DNA from: Lingula anatina
Lineage: Eukaryota > Animalia > Brachiopoda
NCBI GenBank assembly: GCA_051362555.1
Contig: CM120640.1
Location: 65,202,788 to 65,266,787 of the forward strand
DNA: 64,000 bases
Reading direction: 5' to 3'
A program made the translations under genes and the position numbers. The notes beneath the pieces are model-generated. The model made no database searches. It was given only the letters and a program-made list of their open reading frames with translations, and had not been told where the DNA came from. The first letter of the stretch is position 1; the number at the start of each line of letters is the position of its first letter. Shown here piece after piece: positions 44,443 to 56,500 of the stretch.

Positions 44443-47400
44443 TTAAGTTATTTCATTGAGGTGTGGTGCCCTGGCATATGACGGAGAGTTCAAGCCACCA
44501 TATTGAATGTTGACAGCATCCTCAAGCAGAGGGGAGCGTTCTGTCTGTGTATTTAAATGCTGTTGCCTCCTAGCCTCCTCTCGCTTTTGTTTGTGCATCT
44601 TATATGGACAAGGTGGGAAATCTGGCTGATGTCTCTCTGTGTACAACTGAATGCATAGACCAACTATTGCTAGTATACCCCACACAGCACACAGAATTAT
44701 ATCTGCAACAGAAATGTAATAGAATACAGTTACAGAACTTAATATAATGTAATGGATTTTCATTCATTTACATCCAATGAAGTCAAATAATTCATTTGAA
44801 AAAAGGTCTGACTCAAAGTTTTATAATATTTTGCTTTTTTTCACCTTACTTCAAAAATTTTGATAACTTTTTCTAACTGACCAGAATACTGGAAAGGAGT
44901 AGTAGGAATTGCCTTGATGAAGTCATGGACCACTGCACTCTTAACAGAGTTCACCACAATATAGGCCAGACTGCCATGTGCTGCCATACTGACCCCAGCA
45001 ACAAAACCATAGGAACCAACAACTGCACAAGATATGATGTTCAGCTGAAAACAAATTGTAATACATCACTCAAAATCAATTCTTATAAAGTATGTCCTTT
45101 CCTTTATTTTACTAGCACATAGTCTGATCAGCACGTTACTGAATGTAAAGGATTTCTCTTTTGTTACTAATGAAGCGGCAAAAAATGAGTAAATATGTTT
45201 TTAAAAATTAAGTAGGGAATGTTTCTGTATGCCCTGTTCCCTTGAATCTGATTTTTTTTCCAAAAGAAGACATTTCAAACTGAATACAGTAAACCATAAA
45301 TAAATGTTGCTTACAGTTTTTGTCCAGTAGAGGAAGATAACTGGTAAAATAAGAACAGCACATGCAAAGGTCATGCCATAGTTGAGATTACTTCTCCACC
45401 ATGGAATATTACCTGGAAAAGAAATTTCAAAGTAAAAGTTCACCTCAATGTCAGCACATTTAATTTGCAGTAGCAGAACTATTTTTTATGTCTCATTAAT
45501 CTTATTTTCTGCTCTTATTATTTATCTATTGTGGACTAACATAAAGGCAATATTCAACAAAGCTACTACAATTCTGAGGATATTACATGCATAGTAACTA
45601 AAACCCTCCTTACCAAATGGCGTGAAGAACAGTGTGCTTGCTACTAAATATCCAAAGAGCAATGCCACCAAAAGAACCGAGAACACAGCTAGTCCACAGT
45701 ACCACCAGAATGTCAGCCATAACACTGCACCCAGCAGTGCAAACAGGGCAGTCGCTATGGCTAGATCTGTGGGGGGGAAATTACCATGTTTTACTTATAT
45801 TCTTATTGTTGATCATTAAACAGGTTTCTTAAGTTAAAATATCTATGCTATCCTATCCTAAGTCAGAGGTTAAATAAGAGGTAGAAGTGATGAATAGGTC
45901 CACTCCTGTTTCACTTGAGCTCTCTCCCACTCAGAATGGGGGTTGGGAGGGGGGTAGGCATCATTCATGAATTGGCAGTTAATCAGAATTATATGATATA
46001 TTGTTGTACACATTACAATTCTACATATCAGCATTTGTCCTTTCAATAGTTATCTGGTACCCAGTTTATAAATGGACTATTGGTACGCAAGATGACGTAA
46101 AAATCTAGTTTCATTCATTTTCTTTAAGTCAACTCTAGTCTGTGCTTTTTCACATTTCAAATACTCATACTTCCAAACTCTTTTCAGCTTATACTAATTC
46201 TTACAGATCATTCCCTATACTGAATGTCTAGACTGAGGCAAAATACCTACCCATTCCACTAATATCTGTGGCGATGCTAAAGACAATGAAAAATATCAAA
46301 GTAAAGGTCAATCCTCCAAATATGAACAGTTCTGCAAAAACAACCACAAAAAATCATTATTCATGTTTTAATGTAAAAGGGTAAATATAGCTGTTTTATA
46401 TTTTACACAATGGGAGTAAAATATATAAGTTGTTGAAAAATCAGATAGTTATATCATTACGAGCAATAGATAACACACACTGCTTTTGCAGACATGACTA
46501 ATCTCTTATACTTCGGGCCATTTGTTTAATTCTAAAACTTCTGATTGAAAAATAAAGATTTTTAACACTGATTCTCTTTCAATTTTGTTTGAAATATATA
46601 TCACCCTTTTATAAATAATAATGAACAAACTGTAACCATCAGTAACAATATCAAGTCTTACGTACCTGTTTTAAAGTGTCTGTGTCCCAAAAAGCAAATA
46701 AAAATTCCAACAACAGCAGAAAATGATGCAGCAATCCAAGTCCAGGCAGTGTCTTACAGATACAAAAAATGTGACTTATAAACATCAAAGGCATTTTTTA
46801 ACTTAAAAGTGGTAAAATACTTAACAAAGTATATACCAAATTGCATGACGTCCAATGGAGGAACATGAATATATTTGCAAAATCATGAATTTATGCTCTG
46901 CATATAATAATAAAAAGAGGACTTGATAAGATTATCTTTGTGAATAGTTATGAAAACTTTACCTATATTATTGCATCCATTCTCATTGCTTTCAAAGTTG
47001 CAGGCATACGAAGCCATGGGGACATATACAGCCTGATGAATGGTTGTATTGACCAGCTGGGTGACCAGTACAGTCCACACCACCCCCTGACCTGGGTAGG
47101 TCACCATACTCAGGTTGGCTTTGTCACTGGACGACAGGGAGATTAACTGGAACACAGACAAGTTTGGCACTGTGGGAGTTTATCCTGCACTGTCAGCTTC
47201 ACAGGTTAGGCATTTAAATTTCAAAATAATATTTCCATTCTTTCATTGTGTTAATGACATACTTCGGACATGTAAATGCTCTGAAAGTTGGATGTGCTGA
47301 TCTTAGAGACAAGTGAGAGACAAGTGCATGTAGAAATAAATCCCTGACATAACTTACAATTGTCACAAGATTTTTCTTTCTCCCTCTACCTGGGCAGTAA

Positions 47401-49115
47401 TCAAAATTTACTTGTACCTTTCTTCCATTCTTCAACACATCACCAACAGTCAGCATCTTCTTGATGGCTAGAGTAAAGGCAAGTTCACTCAAATCTCTTT
47501 CTGTGATGTATAGCTCATACAACTCATAAGTCAAATTATTTTTGATACTTTCACAAACAGGAGGTCCCAGCTTAGGGTCTCTATTGTATGCTACATTTGC
47601 ATGGGGATACTGCAGCACAGTTAAATCAGTAGTGACCTTGGCCAGATTAAGGTTTGGGTCCATTTGAAGGTTAAATTCCTGATTGCAGCCTCCTGGCACT
47701 GGATCTGAAAACACATGAAAAAAAAAACTATAATTTTGGGCAAAACACTGTCAAAATTTTTGAAGTCCTTTGCGCCAGCAATATTCATCATTTTATAATC
47801 TGACTAGCAACTCAATTATTACAAATTCCAAACTGAGATAAATCACTGTGCAAAACAGTTGAAAGCAAAGACATCTATTCATATAGTACTTTCAATAATA
47901 ATTTTTTGTAGTAAACTAGAACTACCGCACATTCTGTGCTCTTCCGATGATTTATGGATATTGGAAAACACTAAAAAGATGAAAAAATACCATAACAAAT
48001 ACTTTAATGTGAAAAAATTCAAAACAATTTCCAAAGATTCTGACCTGTACTAGAGTAAGTGACTGCTATGACCACCAGGTGTATATCAGCATCATTCCAT
48101 GATGTAACATACCAGGTGGCATTATCCTGTAGTTTGTGTAGAGAGGTCAGGACCCCCACATGGCTTCCATTGACTGAGGTGCTGTATGTGGGTTCTGCTG
48201 TGGTGGAGACAGTTATATTCCTGAACTGAGTGTGAGCTTGGAATACAACATGTGCTACATTCTGATGTATGCTGGTCAGATAGAACTGCAGAGTCACATT
48301 AGGCTTGATGTTTAATTCTTTTTCTTTATTAGAAATGAGTGATACTCCTTAAATAAGAAGGATTTATAAGATAAATGCAGAGTTCATCAATAGTGAAATA
48401 CAAAGCAAATATTTCCTTGTCATTCATACCTCCTGCTAGTAACTAGAACAAATTCTACTGCATTTTGAGTGTTAACAATAATAATTTAAACAAACTAAAG
48501 ACTTGGTACATATAACCTAATGGCACACTGCGATATGTACTGTCGCATTCTTAAACTAAGTATAGATATTTATTGTTGACGTGTTATTTGGTCAGCATCA
48601 TTTCTGTCCTGATGCAAATTTCTTTCTGCTGCTCCCACCAGGTTGGATAATTTCCATCAGTGGTGAGCCAAATAGTTTGCATGTGCTTAAACAACTGCTG
48701 CATATAAATATAGGAAAGAAGAAAGAGATTTTAGGAGTCTTAGTTATTGGGAAGAGAGTAGTTTATTCGGCCTAGTTTATTGAGAACTTAGAAAAATATG
48801 CAGAGAGAGGGGTAGCACGAAAATTCATGCGTTAGTACTCCTATTGACGATTCTGATATGTGCTGGCTGTGCTACAGTACATATCAGAATCGTCAATAGG
48901 AGTGCGGGAGGGAAAAAATCAAACTTACAGCTGAAAAGTGACAACATTTTGCCATTAATTTAAATTCCTGTCGTATTCCGAAAAACAAATAACAGTGGCT
49001 TTGTTAAACAAGTTTGACCCAAAATCTACAACCTCTTACCTAGTTGTCCCTGTGCCAGAGAGTACGGAGATATGCAAACGCACACGAAGCTTAGTAAAAC
49101 TACAATATAGGACAT
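44443..49115 (-). CDS. TM7SF3: Transmembrane 7 superfamily member 3
   Basis: Signal-peptide exon 49115-49040 MSYIVVLLSFVCVCISPYSLAQGQL; ectodomain exons (VFQAHTQ, DPVPGGCNQEF, YVPMASYAC); TM exons (GIFICFLGHRHFKT, WLTFWWYCG, STLFFTPFG); last exon ...QPDFPPCPY...ERSPLL ending at 44443. Confidence 0.9.
48837..48903. repeat. Near-perfect inverted repeat (25-bp perfect stem, 29 bp including one G-U pair, 9-nt loop) in TM7SF3 intron 1
   Basis: ACTCCTATTGACGATTCTGATATGT ... ACATATCAGAATCGTCAATAGGAGT. Confidence 0.95.
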
Positions 49116-49119
49116 AGCT

Positions 49120-49540
49120 TATGCGTTCAACAACGTAATAAATGGTACCAACGTCTTCATAACCAAAGGTGTACTCAGCTTAAGGTCAAGGTCGATCAGT
49201 CTAAACAGATGACAGGTGGCACTAGTAACAGCTTTGTTTTTGTGTATTTTTCTTGTCCGTTTATTTCTCTGCAGTTTTGTTTTAATTTCCATAACCACCA
49301 TAAATTTTTGTCTACGTATGTGCATCGCAATGTTAGTTATAACTTAACAACTTACAAGATCTTCTTGTAAGCTCTTTCCCAAAAGAAGGCAAGATGTCAC
49401 CATTTTAGAGCACACCGCTTCTTCAATTTATCAGGAACCTCGGAGATAACCGAAGGTTTGTACTTTGTTTAACAAAAATTCATTATACGTCAGCGATCTT
49501 ACCATCAACCTATAAACCAAGTCATATATGTATTCAGTAA
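49120..49540. promoter_or_regulatory. Putative bidirectional promoter for TM7SF3 / RLIG1
   Basis: The start codons are only 586 bp apart and head-to-head. CpG is enriched, and a probable RLIG1 5'-UTR donor GTAAGT at ~49537 pairs with an acceptor at ~49684. Confidence 0.6.
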
Positions 49541-49700
49541 GTCGCTGAAGCCTGTAGATTCATGCCGGTGAGAGTACTACCACGTAACATACTCCATCTT
49601 AAATATTTTCGAGGGTCAACGTGTAAACCAAGTAATGAGAGCAAAGTTAACAATATTTTCACCTATATCATAATGATATTTCAGGTTAGACACAACCCAG

Positions 49701-52700
49701 ATGCTTCATCTTAGGAGTGTGCAGGCCAAGGTACCCTGTATTTTCAAAACTATAGTGATTGAAGAGCAATCTAAAAAGCGTTCCTACCAGCCCTATAGAG
49801 TTGTAGCCTCAGAGGAGTTAAGAGAAGATGCTGTGGCGGCAGGGGTGCTGGACGTCCTGCCATCAGAGAAACTGGATGGGACATGTGTAATTGTGAAACA
49901 GTTCAGAGGTACTAACAATATGCTCCAAGGAAAGAAAATAATAGGTCAAATGTAGCATGTTTTTCCTAGGTAGCTATAGACTCTTGATATAAACAAGCTG
50001 ACCTTCAGTTAAACCTGTTTTTAAAAGCTTAGTTTATTGTTTTGAACCAAGAGACTGGCAGATACCTTTCCCTTATTCTGAGAGTATGTACATTAGGGAA
50101 TACATGTATGTAAAATTGTTGCACCAATAACTACTGTAGTTAACAAAGTTAGAAAAGGAGTGCTTAACAGTAACAATGCAGTCTATATCTTCTCTTCTCC
50201 ATTTTCAGAGCAGCCCTGGTTATGGGCACGTCATGATAAAAAGCCAAGCAAAGCAACAGACAGAAGATTCAAGAAATTTCAAACAATTCACAGAGCGTGG
50301 CAAGCAAGTGGGAAAGATGGACCACAACCCACATTTAGTTGGAACTTACAAAAGGATTTCAAGGTATGTATCTTATAAGAAAGAAGCTTTGTTTTAATCT
50401 TCAGTACAAGTTCCATTCCATCAAATATTAAAATGTGAATTATATTTAGCTATTATTGGTCAGTAATACTTTGATTTTAATTACTTTATTGGTCCAGAAA
50501 TTCCTTAATCCACTTGGGACCACTGTAAATCTATAATCAATCATGTTTGTTTCACAGGAAGTTCCAGAAAACTGGAAAGCAGCAGAAGGTTTGGAAAAAG
50601 AAGGGGACCATTACCTACCTGATAGCAATGGACACATACCAGGTAACCTACCAGTTTTCAAAGTCCGAGCAGAAGGGTTTCTGTTGCCATGTGTCTTGTT
50701 TATATATATATATATATATATCGTACAGGTAAAACGTTTTTACTATTTGACCAATATTAATAATAAATGCATTTTAAGCAAGTGCTTATGTCAAATAATT
50801 TCTGCTAAACACTACCAAATGCCAGCTTTAGTTTCAAACAATATAACTTAAAGAAATACTACATAGTTTCATTACTTTTATTTCTGAAAAATGACATTTT
50901 CTGCTTACTCTATGTGCTTTACAGACTAGATGATAAGAACATGTAGGTCAAATTTATGACCAGAAACTTGTAAAAGGTGTTATTTTAAAGCCATTTCTGC
51001 TGCCTGAGAGATTAATTACCCAGTCACCGAATGTGACTTACAACTTTAAAAAAACGCATTTCTGTTTATATTTACATTCTTAATGCAACATGATTTTTGT
51101 CTCTCTCTCTCTCTCTCTTGTAAAGTTTCATTTTTCTAGGCTGGGTGCCCGTAGATCCAAGTCTTAATGCCCATGTTTGGCATTTGAGTGTTCTTAATCT
51201 GCATAAAGGATTAGCCTTGGTGCTGCAGTAGGTATTATCACATGAATTTTGTCAATTCAGATCTTTGATTAATCATAAATGATTGTACTTGGTAACATAG
51301 TCTAAGTAAAGGTGAAATCAATGTAGAGCAGACAAATATGAAAAGTCAAAGATAAAACATAGTACTAAACGATAATAGTTAGCAGTATTAACTGAATAAA
51401 ATAATGGGTTCACCTGTTGCTTGAGACAAACTTCTTGATTCTTTTATTCAACTTTCTAAGAAATATATTATGATATAAATATTCAGAAATAGTGCCTACC
51501 GAAGTTTATCCAGTTCCTAATTGACTTAGAATATACAAGTTGTTTTTTTTTTAAGTTAGTTTTGTACTCTTTTTTTATTCAGGCCTGCAAAAGAAGAAAA
51601 TTGTTTACTTGAAATTACTATAAGGGCATTATCAGAATTACAGGGACAGTCACTAGAACTTATTGGAACAAATGTTAATGGGAACCCATATGGTAACCTG
51701 CTTTAGATATTAGCATTTCTTAAAATTATTTGGTCAAATAGCAAATATAATAGTGATGGTAATAATAATAATTACAATAAACAAAATAAATAAACTAAAT
51801 ATATTTACATATACAAAAATGATGAAGTACAAAATGCTTTGGTGTTTCGCAATTGTATACATTCTTTTCTTTACAAATGCTTCTCTTTTATCAGGATTAG
51901 GGAGCAAAAAAGATCCATTCCACCTACTAGTTGTGCATGGGTCCATTGTGTGCTCAGCACCCCCAGAGCTGAGTCACAAGGCTTTAAAATCTTGGTTTGA
52001 GACACAGCCAGCAGGGCGTGTGGAGGGCCTTGTCTGGCACTGTGCAGATGGAAGCCTGTTCAAGGTAAAATATTTTTCCAACTCTTGTAGACTCACCCTT
52101 CAAGAAATACACACTTTCAAGAAATCAACAAAAACTGGAAGTACATATTTTTACTGTTTTCATCCAGCAGCTTCCCACATACAACTGAATGGCATCACAA
52201 CACACTTCTAGTTTTGGTCAAGATCATAAAGGAGCACCAAAATTGAAGCATTCTATTTCAAAATCAATGCAACAGTTTGAATTGAAATTTGGTACAGAAA
52301 TTTTCTGTATGATATCACACCCAATTTTTCTACAATGCCCATTCAAATTTGAAAATAAGCTTTTTTTACTGATTTCTTGAAGGATGAGTTTCTTCAATTG
52401 GACAGAACAGCCACACCATTTTAATGTATTACTTCAAAATAATTGTTTGTCAGGTGCAGTACACTTCAGTCTCCTCATATCTTTAATTTCAATTTTTAAA
52501 ATTACCTCTACAACAGTTAAATTATACTTTGTATTTAATTAAGAAGGCAACTCTCCTCAGCAGTTTAAATTTCTTTGATGAGTAGGTGATAGTTTCATTT
52601 CTACTCATTATTAAAAGTTTGGCAGTGTGCACTGCTGTATGATCAACTTCATAGTGAACATCTTCAAAAACAATTTCATACTGTTTTTGAAATTCTGCTT

Positions 52701-53006
52701 AGGTCCTGTTTTTTATAAAAGAAACATTAGTAAGTGATATTTGAAAAACTTCTTGATTATTTTTACTTGCAGCTTCACCGTCATCATGTTGACCTCCCTT
52801 GGCCAGTGCCAGAGCTACAATTGGTGTCTCATCCTGTTCTAGTTAATGTTGATTGTGTCAAGTATGAGATTCATGAGGATTTGTCTCTTATTTGCAAAGT
52901 AGGAAAACTGTATGGACAGACTTTCAGTAGTATTGCTGATGTATTTAAAATAACCAAAGAACTCAGTAATGGAGTTGACAACACAGGGCAGGGAGATTCC
53001 AGGTAG
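49701..53006 (+). CDS. RLIG1: RNA 5'-3' ligase 1 (C12orf29 ortholog), 349 aa
   Basis: Exons 49701-49908, 50209-50363, 50558-50642, 51140-51227, 51583-51692, 51895-52064 and 52773-53006. Motifs: [10 protein letters not shown], motif [60 protein letters not shown]. Confidence 0.95.
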
Positions 53007-53546
53007 CAGTAGCAGTAATATGGATGCAAAAAGTGTAAATTCTGACAGCCAATCACAATAACTTCAAAATTTATAATGATATATTTATCATGTGGGTTTA
53101 GCTCTTATTAATCTGATGCCAGAGTAGTGCATTGATGTTAAGAAAATACTAAATAAGAAAAGAAGAATGATGGATTTGATGATTTTTATAAGTAATTAGT
53201 TCAGTGGTAATGGCATTTATGTAAATGCAGAATTATGATTTAGAAATATTTACATATTACACTGTGCAATTGTGACATATACAACTTTTACAATAAGATA
53301 AACCCTTGTTGGTTATTCAAAGTTTTGACTGTATCAGGTACACTTTTAAAAAGTTAACAGTTCACATTTAAATCCATTATATGTGTAGTTGTGATAGTTT
53401 CTTATTGAAAAAGGTTACAAAAAACTTTGTAAGTCTCTTTTGCACTTATTGGTTTCTTCATGAATTGGCTTGCCAAAGTAAGCTCACAACAGATTACACA
53501 ATAGGGGGCAGCGCCATGTGAGGACTGAAAATAAAGATAAATATGC

Positions 53547-56500
53547 TCAGAAATCAAATGTACATTCTTTTTCATATAAACTTGTAATATTGCTGTTATG
53601 CTTAAAAGAAACTATTTTAGTACAAAGATAATTTTCTGTTGTAAGTCTGTTGTTAAAAAAAATCAGTACACATGCAGATCCTATTCTTGAAATGTGCTTC
53701 TCTAACCTTAAGGTATTGTCTGTTGAGCTTAACCTTGTCCATATTCTAGCAGTTAAACTGGTTTTACTAGCATTTTCTGAAGCCTTAAAAAGGACAAAAA
53801 AAACTGATACAAGAAATTGATACAATCAACTGATAAACTTTGCATGAAATATCTTTAAAAGAATGAGAATATGGTGGTTTAGCTATGCATCCTTTGTCTG
53901 GGTGAAATTTCTTTATTTCTTTCAAAATGACATTGAATAATGTGTATTTTTTTACCTTAAAAGATTTTAGTATAATTGTCTTATTGTATTGACCAAAGAT
54001 TACCTTAGTCTTGCTTATTCTAGTTTGGAGGTCAATTCTGTGTTGTGAGGCATGTCTGAGACAAAAGCTTGACTTGTAGTGGCTGTATTTGGGTTTCACA
54101 CTTGCTTTTGAGCCCCTATCAGGTGGTAGAAGTGCAGGGATATCTTCCTTTGGCACCACAAGAATAATATGATTAGGGTAATCATTGGGCTGGAATGAAA
54201 GACATTAATTAAAGGGATAATAACTCTTCATATGAAATCTATATTTCACAATAAAAACATTGTGAACAACTTATAGAAATTTAATATATTCTGTTGTACA
54301 AGAAAAACGCCAGTTATAGCTATTATTCTGATATCTGAGCTTGGCTTTAGACCATGTGACGTCCATTGATAGCTATACTCGGTAATAATCTCTTAAGAGA
54401 TTATAACATAAAAAAACAGGGACTAACTTTGAATGTAGAAATGAATTCGTTAACCATTGGTAAGTATGAGAAAATTGTTGTTTACTCTGGGAAAATTCAT
54501 TTTTTGGCTGAAACGAACATTTATTATCCCTTTAATATTACTCATTTCCCAATTGCTGTGCCATGTGTGAAAGACAATAATGCCTTGTTACAATGGTGAC
54601 TCTCTGCTTTCCAGTAACAGTACTGAGTGGCAATTGCCATTTGTATATCCCTTTTTTTTTTTTTTTTTTCGAAATAACCAGAAAAGGTATATAAAACTAG
54701 ACAGCAAAGCTGACAAATGTTCAGACATGCAGACTCAAAAAGGAGTGCACCAAATAATGTTTTGGCCAATTATGATGCACCATTACAACAGCATAATTAC
54801 TCTTACCCTCTTATATTATGTACTACAGGCAACATGGATATTAAAAACCTAGCAAGTAAGAGAGCATTCACATCGAGAAAAGCCGAGGTCTAGCAAGGAT
54901 GAGACCTAATTATGGTGGACCTACATGAAAGGAAGACCGCGTAATCCTTTAATGGTCTCTCAATGAATGTCATTATATATATGTTTATATCCCAATTTCA
55001 AAACTAGACCAATAGGTTAAAGCTTAAACAGAGTATATGACAATAATCAGACCACACCCATTATCGAATTTGACTGGCATTTTAGGACATTGAGTAATCT
55101 CTGTGAATTTGGACCAAAATGGCAGTATCTCTATACAGTTATTAGGGTGATGAGAAATGTGCACAACTTTGGCTACAGCACTATGGATCCCAACAAACTC
55201 TGTACATAAAAATCAATGTACAGGATAAAATTAACATACTGCAAACTTGAGCTTTGTGCAGTTTCTTGGGATGAAGCATGGGCCCTGGTATTCTTCTCTG
55301 GAGATGAAATCTGTGGCTGTGCCTGGAAGGAGCATGGGCAGTGGGTAATATATTTTTAACACACTTACGTACAGTACATTACATGTATATGATGTGGATA
55401 TTTGGTTAAAATTACAAAAATTCTCTTTGGTGTTTTGCAGTGCTTTGGTATTTCTTTAAAATATAAGATCTTAATTTGTTGATTCACTAGACATTAAAAG
55501 AAAATGTTTTTAACAATATGAATAATTACCTTGAATTAACATCACTGAATCATACTGAGTAGTATCAAAAACATTCAAGTCTTCTGTGCTAACCAGGAAA
55601 GAAGATTCAAGATACATCTGCATTTTTTCCTTTGTCCAACCCTGAAATAACATATCTTAAGATAATTTTACTTATAGTTTATGGTAAATATTTAATTTTC
55701 AGAATTTACCAATATTTGTTTTAAAACATATGATGTTTGCAGTGTTGCATGTCATATAGTTGTACATCCCAGCTATCAAAAGAATGTTCCCAGAATATTG
55801 AGGGAATGTTAGGTTTATGTTATCATAATGTTTGTAAAATGTTTTCCAGCAAAGTTTTTCAATATTTTGGAAGAACATTTTTGGGAAAAGTTACACAATA
55901 ACATTTAGAGAACATTTGAAAATGTGCAAAAAAAATAGGGCCATACAACCCTGTTTATCACCAGTGTATTTATCTATTTGTTAAGGTATTTATTTTATTT
56001 TATTTCATTTTCTCTATCTTATTTTGTTAATATACCCTTGTAAAGTCAACTAAACATTTTAAATGGATTGTAGATTTTAAATAAATATATTATAAATGTA
56101 TAATGTATTAAGACATGATCTCATTATCATGTCTGTTAGTTGTCAGTTATCTCAATGTTTTGTGTTAGCTGGGATGAAGATGTCACCTCTAAAAGAATAC
56201 TGTTTCACATTTTCAGAGTTCTAGTATGTAAGCTTGATTTTACCTGATACTGTGGCTGATTCAACATTATAGTAGTTGATAGACGCACTGCGCACACATG
56301 CCACAGTCTGTACTCCAGAGATGGTTCCTCTACAAAAGTGTGAAGTGCCAGCAGCATGTCTTCAAGTTTGATCAGGTAAACCTGTAAAAAGAATTTCAGT
56401 AAAGCACAAACATTTGGTTAAAAAAATGATATGTTACACATATTATTGAAAGAAAAATTATATAAAACTCTCAAGCACTACAGTCAGAATTTTTATTTAA

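Noticed and set aside
51225-51232. Apparent premature TAG in RLIG1 exon 4
   Set aside because: The donor CA|GTAGGT puts the TAG in the intron, and the phase matches the next exon.
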